Assembly: GCA_026004615.1 (NCBI GenBank)
Contig: BPJM01000005.1
Coordinates: forward strand, 477 to 64,476
Reading direction: 5' to 3'
DNA: 64,000 nucleotides
Origin: Planctomycetota bacterium
Lineage (GTDB): Bacteria; Planctomycetota; J058; J103
The position numbers and the translations under genes are program-made. Positions 22,065 to 33,385 of this stretch are shown here, piece by piece. The notes under the pieces were generated by a model. It was not told where the DNA came from, did no database searches, and was given only the letters and a program-made list of their open reading frames with translations. The stretch's first letter is position 1, and each line of letters starts with the position of its first letter.

Positions 22065-22754
22065 ATGGCAGGCCAGGGGTTCAGCAAGCGGCGGCGGCTG
22101 CTCGTGGACGTGGGGCTGCAGTTTCGCGCCCTCCTGTTCATGTTCCTCATCACGCTCGTGGTGGTGGCGTTCCACACCGGGCTGTCGTACTGGAGCCTGG
22201 CAGGCGAGCCGCCGATCCCCAGCGGGCGGGCGATCGCGCGCGTGCTGGCGATCGATGTCGCGGTGACCACGCTGTTCACGGCGCTCGTCATCGGGTTCAT
22301 GGGCCTGGCCGGCTCGCACAAGCTCGCAGGCCCGCTGTACCGGATCACCCAGGTGCTGAAGCAGGTGCAGCAGGGTGATCTGTCGGCGCGCATCCGGCTG
22401 CGCAAGGGCGACCTGCTGATGGACTTCGCCGGCGAGGTCAACCTGGCGCTCGCCCATCTGCGCGAGCAGGTGGCCGCCGACCGGATGCGGGCGCAGAGCG
22501 CCGCCCTGCTCATCGCCGAGGTGCGCGACAGCGTGCCCGTGCCCGAGATCCGCGAGCGCTTGCAGCGGGCGCTCGAGGAACTGGCGCACGTCACCGCCCG
22601 CCTGCAGCTCGAACCTGCAGGCGGGGCGCGCCGGCTGGAGCCGGTCGCGCCGCCGCCGCGGGGTGCGCTGCCGGCCGCCGCGCCAGGCTTCGAGCCCCGC
22701 CGGGGCGAGGGCGCCGCGGCGGCCGGGCCTTTCCCCGCTCCCCCCGAGCGCTAG
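22065..22754 (+). CDS. Membrane protein with two TM helices and a HAMP-like linker.
   Basis: MAGQGFSKRRRLLVDVGLQFRALLFMFLITLVVVAF ... LFTALVIGFMGLAGSHKLAGPLYRITQVLKQVQQGDLSARIRLRKGDLLMDFAGEVNLALAHLR. This is the HAMP pattern. Confidence 0.55.
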   Translation: MAGQGFSKRRRLLVDVGLQFRALLFMFLITLVVVAFHTGLSYWSLAGEPPIPSGRAIARVLAIDVAVTTLFTALVIGFMGLAGSHKLAGPLYRITQVLKQVQQGDLSARIRLRKGDLLMDFAGEVNLALAHLREQVAADRMRAQSAALLIAEVRDSVPVPEIRERLQRALEELAHVTARLQLEPAGGARRLEPVAPPPRGALPAAAPGFEPRRGEGAAAAGPFPAPPER

Positions 22755-22953
22755 CGGGCAGCGGCGTGCGGTTTGACCGGCCTGGCGGCCGTGGGCTAGA
22801 CTCGCATCGCCGCATGCCGCCATGAGGCCGGGCGCGGCTCCGTTCGGCGCAACGGGCCCGGTCGGACCGCGAGGTGGGCCGCAGCCGGAGGCGAGCGGCG
22901 GGCCGCACGCGCTCGCGGGCGCGCACGGGCGGGGCGGCGGGAAGGGGAGAGGG

Positions 22954-26296
<3,343 letters not shown>

Positions 26297-26653
26297 GCCG
26301 GCAGCACGCTGCCAGGGTCCGGGGGGGCGAGCGCTGCGCGCGATCCGCGAGCCCTGGCAGCGCGCGCCCCTGGCGGGCGGTGCCCTCGCGTGCCGCCGGT
26401 CCGGCTCCAGCGGCGGGGTCTGCCGTTCGCCGGAACCGCGCGGGCGCGCCGCCGGTCCAAATCCTCTGGACAGAAGATGCCGGCGCGGTGGGCGCCACCG
26501 CCGGCGTCCGGACGGGCGAGCCCGCGGTTTGACGGTGTCGAGGCGTCCGTGCTAGGATCCGAGCTGCGGCAGGGATTCGCGCAACCTGTTACATGGCTTG
26601 GGGTTCACGGCCTCCATGCCGAGGCGCAACCGCGGGGGGCAAGGAGAGGGCTC

Positions 26654-28108
26654 ATGGTCGCAGCGCGAAGGCTCGCCACGCTCGCCCTGGCCGGTCTGCT
26701 GGGGCTGGCGCTGGGCTGTCGGTCGAGCATGTCCTATTACAACGAGGGCGTCGCGGAGCTGGAGCGGCGCAACTACGAGGCCGCGATCGAGCTGTTCACC
26801 GAGGCGCTGGATGCCGACCCGCGCAGCCATCTGGCGCTGGTGAACCGGGGCTATGCGTATCTGGAGACCCAGCGGCTGCACCAGGCGCTGGAGGACTACG
26901 ACCGCGCGATCCGGCTGCTGGAAGACAGCAACACCCCCAATCCGTGGTTTTACAACCGGCGCGGCGAGGCGTACTACATGCTCGGCCGCTACGCCGAGGC
27001 GCTCGCCGACTGGCGGCGTGCGAAGGACCTGGAGGACCGGCGCGCGGCGAAGGGCATCAAGGTGCGCGTCTCGGCAGACTACCTCGCGATGCAGCAGCGG
27101 CGCGAGGAGCTGATGGTGGACGCCGAGCGCCAGGTGGCGCTCGCGCCCCCGCTCGCCACCGCGATCCCGACCACGCCGCCGGTGCTCGAACCGGCGAGCA
27201 CGCCGGCGGCGCAGCCCTCGCCCGCACCGGAGATCGCTGCTGAGGTCGCGCGCGAGGTGCCGAGCCCGGAACAGGAGCTGGCGCTCGCCGAAGCGCGGCT
27301 GGCGCACGAGGCGGCCCGCCTGGAGGCCGAGGCGCGCGCCGCGGCGGCCGCCGCCCCGCCTGCGCCGCCGGCGCCGACTGGGGCCGAGATCGAGGCGGCG
27401 CTGGCGGAGGCGCGCGCTCTGCACGGGGCGGCGCGCGCCCAGGCCGAGGCGCGGGCGGCGGCGGCGCAGCCTGCACCGCCGCCGGCCGGCCCCAGCGCGG
27501 AGGAGGTCGAGCGGGCGCTGGCAGAGGCTCGGCTCGTGCACGGGGCGGCGCGGGCCGAGGCCGAGGCGCGGGCGGCGGCGGCGCAGCCCGCACCGCCGCC
27601 GGCCGGCCCCAGCGCGGAGGAGGTCGAGCGGGCGCTGGCAGAGGCTCGGCTCGTGCACGAGGCGGCGCGGGCCGAGGCCGAGGCGCGGGCGGCGCTCGCC
27701 GCGGCGCCTGCGGCTGCTGTCCCTGCGCCCGGCGAGGCCCAGCCTGCGGCGGCCGCGCCGCGCCCGCGCCCCATCGCGGATCTGAGCGGTACCTGGGTCC
27801 GGGATGACGAGTACACCTTCACCCTGCTCGATGACGGGCGCCGGGTCGTGGGCGAGATCGTCGGGACCGAGGATTTCTCGTTCTACGAGGTCACGCTGGA
27901 GTGGACGTCGGATCGCACCCTGACGGGCTACGCGGTGCTCAAGGAAAATCTCTCGCCGTGCAAGTTCGAGACCTCCATCGCCTGGTCCGTCGACGTGGTC
28001 GACGAGGGCACGCTCGCCGCGCGGACCGAGGAGGTCGGCTGGGACGCGGAGTGCCACGAGACCGAACGCACCTGGGGGCGCCACACGTTCACGCGGTTGC
28101 CCCGCTGA
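26654..28108 (+). CDS. Lipoprotein with N-terminal TPR-like repeats, a tandem Ala/Glu/Arg-rich repeat region and a C-terminal beta-rich domain.
   Basis: An AAGGAGAGG ribosome-binding site lies 3 nt before the ATG. Lipobox LALGC|RSS. TPR-like segments (YEAAIELFTEALDADP, YDRAIRLL, YAEALADWRRA). There are 3-4 copies of a 39-aa repeat. Confidence 0.7.
   Translation: MVAARRLATLALAGLLGLALGCRSSMSYYNEGVAELERRNYEAAIELFTEALDADPRSHLALVNRGYAYLETQRLHQALEDYDRAIRLLEDSNTPNPWFYNRRGEAYYMLGRYAEALADWRRAKDLEDRRAAKGIKVRVSADYLAMQQRREELMVDAERQVALAPPLATAIPTTPPVLEPASTPAAQPSPAPEIAAEVAREVPSPEQELALAEARLAHEAARLEAEARAAAAAAPPAPPAPTGAEIEAALAEARALHGAARAQAEARAAAAQPAPPPAGPSAEEVERALAEARLVHGAARAEAEARAAAAQPAPPPAGPSAEEVERALAEARLVHEAARAEAEARAALAAAPAAAVPAPGEAQPAAAAPRPRPIADLSGTWVRDDEYTFTLLDDGRRVVGEIVGTEDFSFYEVTLEWTSDRTLTGYAVLKENLSPCKFETSIAWSVDVVDEGTLAARTEEVGWDAECHETERTWGRHTFTRLPR
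27290..27710 (+). repeat. Tandem in-frame 117-nt (39-aa) coding repeat, 3 near-identical copies plus 1 diverged copy.
   Basis: gcacggggcggcgcg...gctcggctcgtgca recurs at 27421, 27538 and 27655. Protein unit AEARAAAAQPAPPPAGPSAEEVERALAEARLVHGAAR. Confidence 0.8.
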
Positions 28109-28179
28109 GCGGTAGGTGGGGCGGGAGACAACGTTGCTCGCCGCCTGGCGGCGGGCGCAGAGGTGAGGTGGACGGGAGC

Positions 28180-30621
28180 ATGGTCGGCTCGTTGCGAGGG
28201 GAGCACAAGGGCAGGCGGCGCGCGGGAGGCGTTCTGGCTGCGGCGCTGCTGGGTGTGGCACTCGCCGGCGGTTGCTCGACGCTCGGGCCCGCCCCGGACA
28301 ACGAGGCCATCCTCGCGGAGCTGCAGGACCTCAAGCGCGAGAGCCCCTTGCCGCAGGCGATCGCGGTCGCGCCGGTCCAGGTGGACCTGGTCTATGCCCG
28401 CGAGGCGGAGGAGGGTGAGGGCGAGCAGGCCGCATCCGAGGAGGGTGCGCCGCCTGCTGGCGGTGCCGGCGCCGAGCAACCGGCAGGGCAGCCGGGCGGG
28501 CCCCAGACCGGCATGGCGCCCCTGCCGGCCGGCGCCTCCCTCGCTGCGACCGACCTCCCTCGGCTGGCCACCCGGCTGGGGATCGAGGTCCGCTACCGCC
28601 GCCCGCTGTTCCGCGAACTGCTCTTCTCCCCGCGCGATCCCCTCGAGGGGGGGCCGGTCGAGCAGCCCGGCACCGAGGATGCGGGCGCCGGCGGGCAGCC
28701 GGGTGTGCTGTACGTCTGCCCGCGCTGCCAGAACGAGGTCTCGGCGACGATCGCGCGCTGTCCGTGGTGCGGTCTCGCCTTCGCTCCCGAGCTCCCGCCG
28801 GGTGAGCCCGCATCCGCGCCGCCGCAAGCGGTGGCGGAGCAGGCGCCACCCGCCGCGACGCCTGCGCCCGCGGGCGAGGCGGTGGCGGCGCGCGCGGAGG
28901 TCGACCGCTACATCTGCTACTTCTGCGAGAGTCCGATCGAGCCCACGGCGCTGGTCTGTCCGAACTGCGGCGTCGAACTGCAGCCCGTGCCCGGCCTGCA
29001 GGGCGAGCTGGCGCGGGAGGAGCAAGGGCCACCCGGCAAGGAGGAGCGCATCGGTCGCCTGACCGTCGGGGCGTTGAAACGGCTGGCACAGTCGCGGGCC
29101 GCCTTCGGCGTGGATCCGGTGGAGGTGCAGCGCGACCTCGCGCAGCTGGTCGAGGGGCTGGGCCTGTTCAGCGAGGTGACGGTGATCAGCGAGCAGACGC
29201 TCGTCGGCAAGACCGATGCGCTGCTCGACTGGGCGGCGGGCAACTACATCGACTATCTCATGATCCCGAGGCTTCGCCGCAACGAGATCCAGTTCGTGAA
29301 GACGAACGCCTCGTGGTGGGGCGGGCTGGCGCTCTGGGTGGCCGCCTGGGTGCCCTCGTTCTGGGTGGCAGGCGAGGACTACCAGGCGGATGTGGAGCTG
29401 GAGCTGGAGGTGTGGAGCGTCCGCGCCCGCAAGCCGATGCCGCAGTGGAATCCGACGGTCAGGGGCCGGGCGGTCGCGAGTGCGGATCAGCTCGACCGGC
29501 GCCTCAATCTGTTCCCGTGGCTCGGCTGGGACTTCATCGGGGTGCCCGCGGGTTTCGCCAACCTGACCGATGGCGGCTGGCTCAATCTCAACCGCTGGAT
29601 GACGCCCAACGCCTTCGCCGACATGAAGCGCAACCTGCTCAAGCAGCTGCACGAGTACTTCGCGGTGGCGGGCGCCTATCCGCCGCCGCCGGTCGACGTA
29701 CAGGAGGTGGCGCTGCTGGTCGGCGTCCACGAGGTGCGGCGCTCGCCCGGGGTGGGGGTGCAGCGCCAGCTGCAGTTCGCGATCAACGACCTCGAGGCGA
29801 TGAAGCTCTGCTTCACCCAGGTGACCGGCTGGGACCCCGGAGCAGCAGGCGCAGCGGGGCGCGCCGGGCGGCGCAGCCGCACCGTCGCGCTTCTTCCGGG
29901 CGCGGAGAACCCCGAGCTGCAGGCGACGACGCAGAACCTCCGCAACTGGCTCAACGTCGACCTGCAGCGGCTCGGCCCGAACGACACGTTCGTCTTCTAT
30001 TTCGCGGGCTATGGCGCCGCTCTGCCGGCACCTCCCGGTCAGCAACCATCCTGGGCGGACGGCTACGAGCGCTACCTGATCACGCACGACACCGACCCGA
30101 GCCGCATCCCGGAGACCGCGTTGAACGTCGTCGAGCTGATGAATGCGATCCGCAACTGCGCAGCGCGGCGCGTGCTGATCGTGCTGGATTGCTCGTTTGC
30201 CAAGGTGCCGGAGGATCAGTCCATCGGTTCCGGCCGCACCTGGCCGACGGGCATCGCCGAGGAGCAACTCGCCAATCTCAACGACGAGTTCCTCATCGAG
30301 CTGGCCAGGCGCACCGCACCGAAGAAGTGCGTGGTGTTCGCGGCCGCGGACATCCGGCACCCGGCATACGAGAGCCAGTTCACCCGGCCGCCCAACCACG
30401 GGCTGTTGACCGCGGCCTTCCTGGAGGGCGTGGCCGAGGGCCGGGCGGATGTCGAGGTGGGCGACGGCAACGGGGCGGTGACGCTGTTCGAGCTGGAGAA
30501 GTTCATCAGCTCGCGCTATCGGGCCTTCCAGGCGGCCTCCGGCGTGGCGGTGCGCTTCGTCTCCGGCGGCGATCTCGGCGACATGGAGATCGTGCTGCGC
30601 CCCAAGCCGGCGGAGCAGTGA
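28180..30621 (+). CDS. Lipoprotein with an acidic linker, a double zinc ribbon, a hydrophobic segment and a C-terminal caspase-like (peptidase C14 fold) domain whose catalytic His is replaced by Tyr.
   Basis: Lipobox LAGGC|ST. Zinc ribbons CPRCQNE..CPWCG and CYFCESP..CPNCG. Caspase pattern FVFYFAGYG...YLITHDTD...RRVLIVLDCSFA, which has Y in place of the His of the HG motif, and the Cys is retained. Confidence 0.7.
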   Translation: MVGSLRGEHKGRRRAGGVLAAALLGVALAGGCSTLGPAPDNEAILAELQDLKRESPLPQAIAVAPVQVDLVYAREAEEGEGEQAASEEGAPPAGGAGAEQPAGQPGGPQTGMAPLPAGASLAATDLPRLATRLGIEVRYRRPLFRELLFSPRDPLEGGPVEQPGTEDAGAGGQPGVLYVCPRCQNEVSATIARCPWCGLAFAPELPPGEPASAPPQAVAEQAPPAATPAPAGEAVAARAEVDRYICYFCESPIEPTALVCPNCGVELQPVPGLQGELAREEQGPPGKEERIGRLTVGALKRLAQSRAAFGVDPVEVQRDLAQLVEGLGLFSEVTVISEQTLVGKTDALLDWAAGNYIDYLMIPRLRRNEIQFVKTNASWWGGLALWVAAWVPSFWVAGEDYQADVELELEVWSVRARKPMPQWNPTVRGRAVASADQLDRRLNLFPWLGWDFIGVPAGFANLTDGGWLNLNRWMTPNAFADMKRNLLKQLHEYFAVAGAYPPPPVDVQEVALLVGVHEVRRSPGVGVQRQLQFAINDLEAMKLCFTQVTGWDPGAAGAAGRAGRRSRTVALLPGAENPELQATTQNLRNWLNVDLQRLGPNDTFVFYFAGYGAALPAPPGQQPSWADGYERYLITHDTDPSRIPETALNVVELMNAIRNCAARRVLIVLDCSFAKVPEDQSIGSGRTWPTGIAEEQLANLNDEFLIELARRTAPKKCVVFAAADIRHPAYESQFTRPPNHGLLTAAFLEGVAEGRADVEVGDGNGAVTLFELEKFISSRYRAFQAASGVAVRFVSGGDLGDMEIVLRPKPAEQ

Positions 30622-30699
30622 GCAGCGCGGGCGCAGCGGGACGCCCTGGCGCCTGGGGGCAGGCCGCAGCGGCGGAACCCGGCCGCGGTCGGGCCCGAC

Positions 30700-31578
30700 C
30701 TAGCGCAGCTCGATCACGCAGCGCAGCCCGTGCCACAGGTGCCGACTGGCGGGGGGCCAGCCGAGCCGCCCGCTGGTCGTGAGGACATCCCAGCAGGCAA
30801 AGGAGGTCGCATAGCCGCCGCCGCGGTCGGAGCGCTGCCGCAGGTCCAGTCCCAGGCGCGCGCGCAGTGCATCGTCCAGGCAGGGATCGACGTCCAGTCC
30901 GGCCTGGACGCACCAGCGGTAGAAGCCTTCCCAGTACCAGTCGCGGCACCAGTTGTTGACGTTGCCCGCCATGTCGGTCAGGCCGTAGGGGCTGCGGCCC
31001 TCGGGGTAGCGGCCGAGCTCGGAGGTCCGGCCGAGCCGCCCGTCGAAGTTGCACAGCTGCGATCGCGGCAGCGCCTCGCCCCAGGGAAAGCGCCGGCGGT
31101 CGGTGCCGCGCGCCGCTTTCTCCCACTGCGCCTCCGTGGGTAGCTGCTTGCCGGCCCAGCGGGCATACGCGTCCGCCTCGTACCAGGAGAGCCCCGCGGC
31201 CGGCTGCCGCTCGCCGTCGAACCCCACGGTGAGGAAGCTCAGCGGGCGGGTCACGCCGGTGGCGCTCCGCCACGCCCAGCCGTCCTCGCGCCACAGCTCG
31301 GGTCGCGTATAGCCGCCGTCGGCGATGAACTGGGCGAACTGGGCGTTGGAGACCGGGTCCCGATCGATCAGGTAGGCGCTCAGCCACACCACACGCCCGG
31401 GCAGCTCGTCCTCGGGGGCGAACAGATCGCCGGGCTCACGGCCGATGAAGACCTCGCCGGCAGGCACCAGCACCATGACCGCGCCGTCGCGCGGCGCGCG
31501 CCAGCACCCCCCGGCGCGCGCGATCTCGCGCGCGTCCGGCGCGGTGCCCGGTGTGCCTTCCCCGAGCTGCCCGCGCAT
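30700..31578 (-). CDS. FGE-sulfatase / SUMF1 family domain protein (formylglycine-generating-enzyme-like), 292 aa.
   Basis: MVLVPAGEVFIGREPGDLF...RVVWLSAYLIDRDPVSNAQFAQFIADGGY...LPTEAQWEKAARG...GNVNNWCRDWY. Only the 3' 879 nt of ORF 30700..32019 is real. Its ATG at 31578 follows the REC gene stop. Confidence 0.8.
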   Translation of the reverse strand: MRGQLGEGTPGTAPDAREIARAGGCWRAPRDGAVMVLVPAGEVFIGREPGDLFAPEDELPGRVVWLSAYLIDRDPVSNAQFAQFIADGGYTRPELWREDGWAWRSATGVTRPLSFLTVGFDGERQPAAGLSWYEADAYARWAGKQLPTEAQWEKAARGTDRRRFPWGEALPRSQLCNFDGRLGRTSELGRYPEGRSPYGLTDMAGNVNNWCRDWYWEGFYRWCVQAGLDVDPCLDDALRARLGLDLRQRSDRGGGYATSFACWDVLTTSGRLGWPPASRHLWHGLRCVIELR

Positions 31579-31583
31579 CGCGG

Positions 31584-32015
31584 TTACCTCCCCTCGGGGT
31601 GCTCGCCGCCCGGTGACGAGGTGGCACCGGCCGCCCGGGTCCGCCGCCCGATTGCCGCCTGCAGGCGCGCTGCGATCTCCATGATGGTGTGGGTGCCCTT
31701 GACGATGACCTCGTGTGCGCCAAGCGCGAGGGCGCGCTCCACGTTGCCCCGGATGGGGTGCGAGGTGTAGACCAGCACCGGCGGCGCGTCCGGTCGGCCG
31801 CGCAGGTGCTCCAGCACGCCGAATCCGTCGATCACCGGCATGGCGAGGTCGAGCAGCACCGCATCGATCGGCTCGCGCTCCAGCGCCTCGATCGCAGCCT
31901 GCCCGTCGGTGACCTCGATCACCCGATAGCCGCGGCGCTCCAGGATGAGGGCGAGCGGCCGCCGGACGATCGACAGATCCTCGGCTACCAGCACGCTCGG
32001 CCGCGGTCCGCTCAT
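31584..32015 (-). CDS. Single-domain response regulator (CheY-like receiver).
   Basis: VLVAEDLSIVRRPLALILERRGYRVIEVTDGQAAIEAL...DAVLLDLAMPVIDGF...VLVYTSH...K. Confidence 0.85.
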   Translation of the reverse strand: MSGPRPSVLVAEDLSIVRRPLALILERRGYRVIEVTDGQAAIEALEREPIDAVLLDLAMPVIDGFGVLEHLRGRPDAPPVLVYTSHPIRGNVERALALGAHEVIVKGTHTIMEIAARLQAAIGRRTRAAGATSSPGGEHPEGR

Positions 32016-33175
32016 GCACCGGCCGCTCCGGAAATGGCTGCCGCCTGGCGCGACGGCAGGGCGATCACGACGCGACAGGCCTCGGGGCTGGCCTGCAGCC
32101 GCAGCGTGCCGCCCAGCGCGGCCGCCGCGGCGCGCGCGAAACTCAGCTCCAGCTCATCGTTGAGCGCGACGCCGGCGGCCCGGAGCGCGCGCCGCGCCGC
32201 CGGATCCAGCAGCGCGCGCTCCAGGGTCGCCGAGCCGCCGGGCATGCCGGGCAGCGGCCCCAGCTCCAGCTGCACACCGCCGGCCTCGCTGCGCTCGACC
32301 GCGAGGACCGGCGGCGCCTGCGCGGCGCTGCCGGCGGCCGCCGCGTTCGCCCCCGCCCGCAGCAGGCACTCGCAGAGCCGGACGGCGAGCGCGCGGTCGG
32401 CTGCCAGCACCGCCGCCTCCAGGCCGGGCGCCACCCTGACCGGTACCGCCCCGGGGGCTGCCGGCCCGCGCTCCGCCGGCCCATCGGCGGCCTGCAGTCG
32501 TGCCACCGCCTGCCGCAATACCTCGGCGAGCGGCACCGGCTCGGGTCGATGGTACAGCTCGTCGCGCTCGAGCAGTTCCAGATCGTCCAGGTTCTCGACC
32601 AGGCGGTGCAACCGCGCTCCCTCTCGGCGCGCAAGCGCCACCAGCTCGCGTTGGGGCGGCGTCAGCGCGCCCGCCAGGCCCTGCTCCAGGGCCTCGAGGT
32701 TGCGGTGCAGCGCGCCGAGCGGGGTGCGCAGGTCCTCCGCCAGCATGTGGCGGAGCGTGGCGCGGCCAAGCGCAAGCTCGACCAGGCGCATGGCGTTGCG
32801 CAGCCGGCGCGTCAGTTCCGGCAGATCGAATGGCTTGGCCACATAGTCCATGGCGCCGTAGCGCAGCGCCTCGCGCGCGCTGTCCAGCTCTCCGTACGCG
32901 GTGACGATCACGAAGGCCGGTATCTCGCCGCTGGCGCGCTGCCGTACCGCGCGCAGCAGCTCCACGCCGCTCATCCCGGGCATCTTGAGATCGGACACCA
33001 CCAGTGCCGGCAGCGCCTTGTCCATCCGCGCCAGCGCCGGCTCCGCCGCCTCGAACGCCTCCACGCGCCATCCCTGGCGTTTGAGCTGGCGCATCAGGAC
33101 CTCGCGGATCACCGGCTCGTCGTCGACGACGAACACCAGGTCCCGCTCGACCAGTTGCAGCAGTCCGGGCTCCAT
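32012..33175 (-). CDS. Response-regulator receiver fused to a histidine-kinase-like domain. The phospho-accepting His is replaced (AEDLRTPL) and the ATPase boxes are degenerate, so this is a pseudo-histidine kinase.
   Basis: REC: LVFVVDDEPVIREVLMRQLKRQGWRV...VVSDLKMPGMSGVELL...VTAYG. DHp-like region: LAEDLRTPLGALHRNLEALEQG, where the consensus is sHELRTPL. I could not find clear N, G1 or G2 boxes. The stop overlaps the REC gene start (ATGA). Confidence 0.7.
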   Translation of the reverse strand: MEPGLLQLVERDLVFVVDDEPVIREVLMRQLKRQGWRVEAFEAAEPALARMDKALPALVVSDLKMPGMSGVELLRAVRQRASGEIPAFVIVTAYGELDSAREALRYGAMDYVAKPFDLPELTRRLRNAMRLVELALGRATLRHMLAEDLRTPLGALHRNLEALEQGLAGALTPPQRELVALARREGARLHRLVENLDDLELLERDELYHRPEPVPLAEVLRQAVARLQAADGPAERGPAAPGAVPVRVAPGLEAAVLAADRALAVRLCECLLRAGANAAAAGSAAQAPPVLAVERSEAGGVQLELGPLPGMPGGSATLERALLDPAARRALRAAGVALNDELELSFARAAAAALGGTLRLQASPEACRVVIALPSRQAAAISGAAGA

Positions 33176-33385
33176 GGGGCTCCGTTCTCCGCCGCCTCTG
33201 CCGCGGTGTTTCGCCAGGCAGCAGCGCCGTCCCGAATCATACGACACGCTCGGGCGCACCGCCGGGTCGGGGAGGGGGGCGACTGGGTGTCCGGCCAGTG
33301 CCGGCCCACGGCCCTCCAGCCTGCAGGAAGCGCCTGCACGGCTGCGCTGCCGCAGGTGCTCGGCCAGTCGCCGGCGCGCGGGGGA

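Noticed and set aside
30622-30699. GC hairpin-like sequence (ccggccgcggtcggg) between the convergent DZR lipoprotein and the FGE-sulfatase gene, as a terminator.
   Set aside because: Imperfect stem and no U tract. I cannot distinguish it from background GC-rich sequence.
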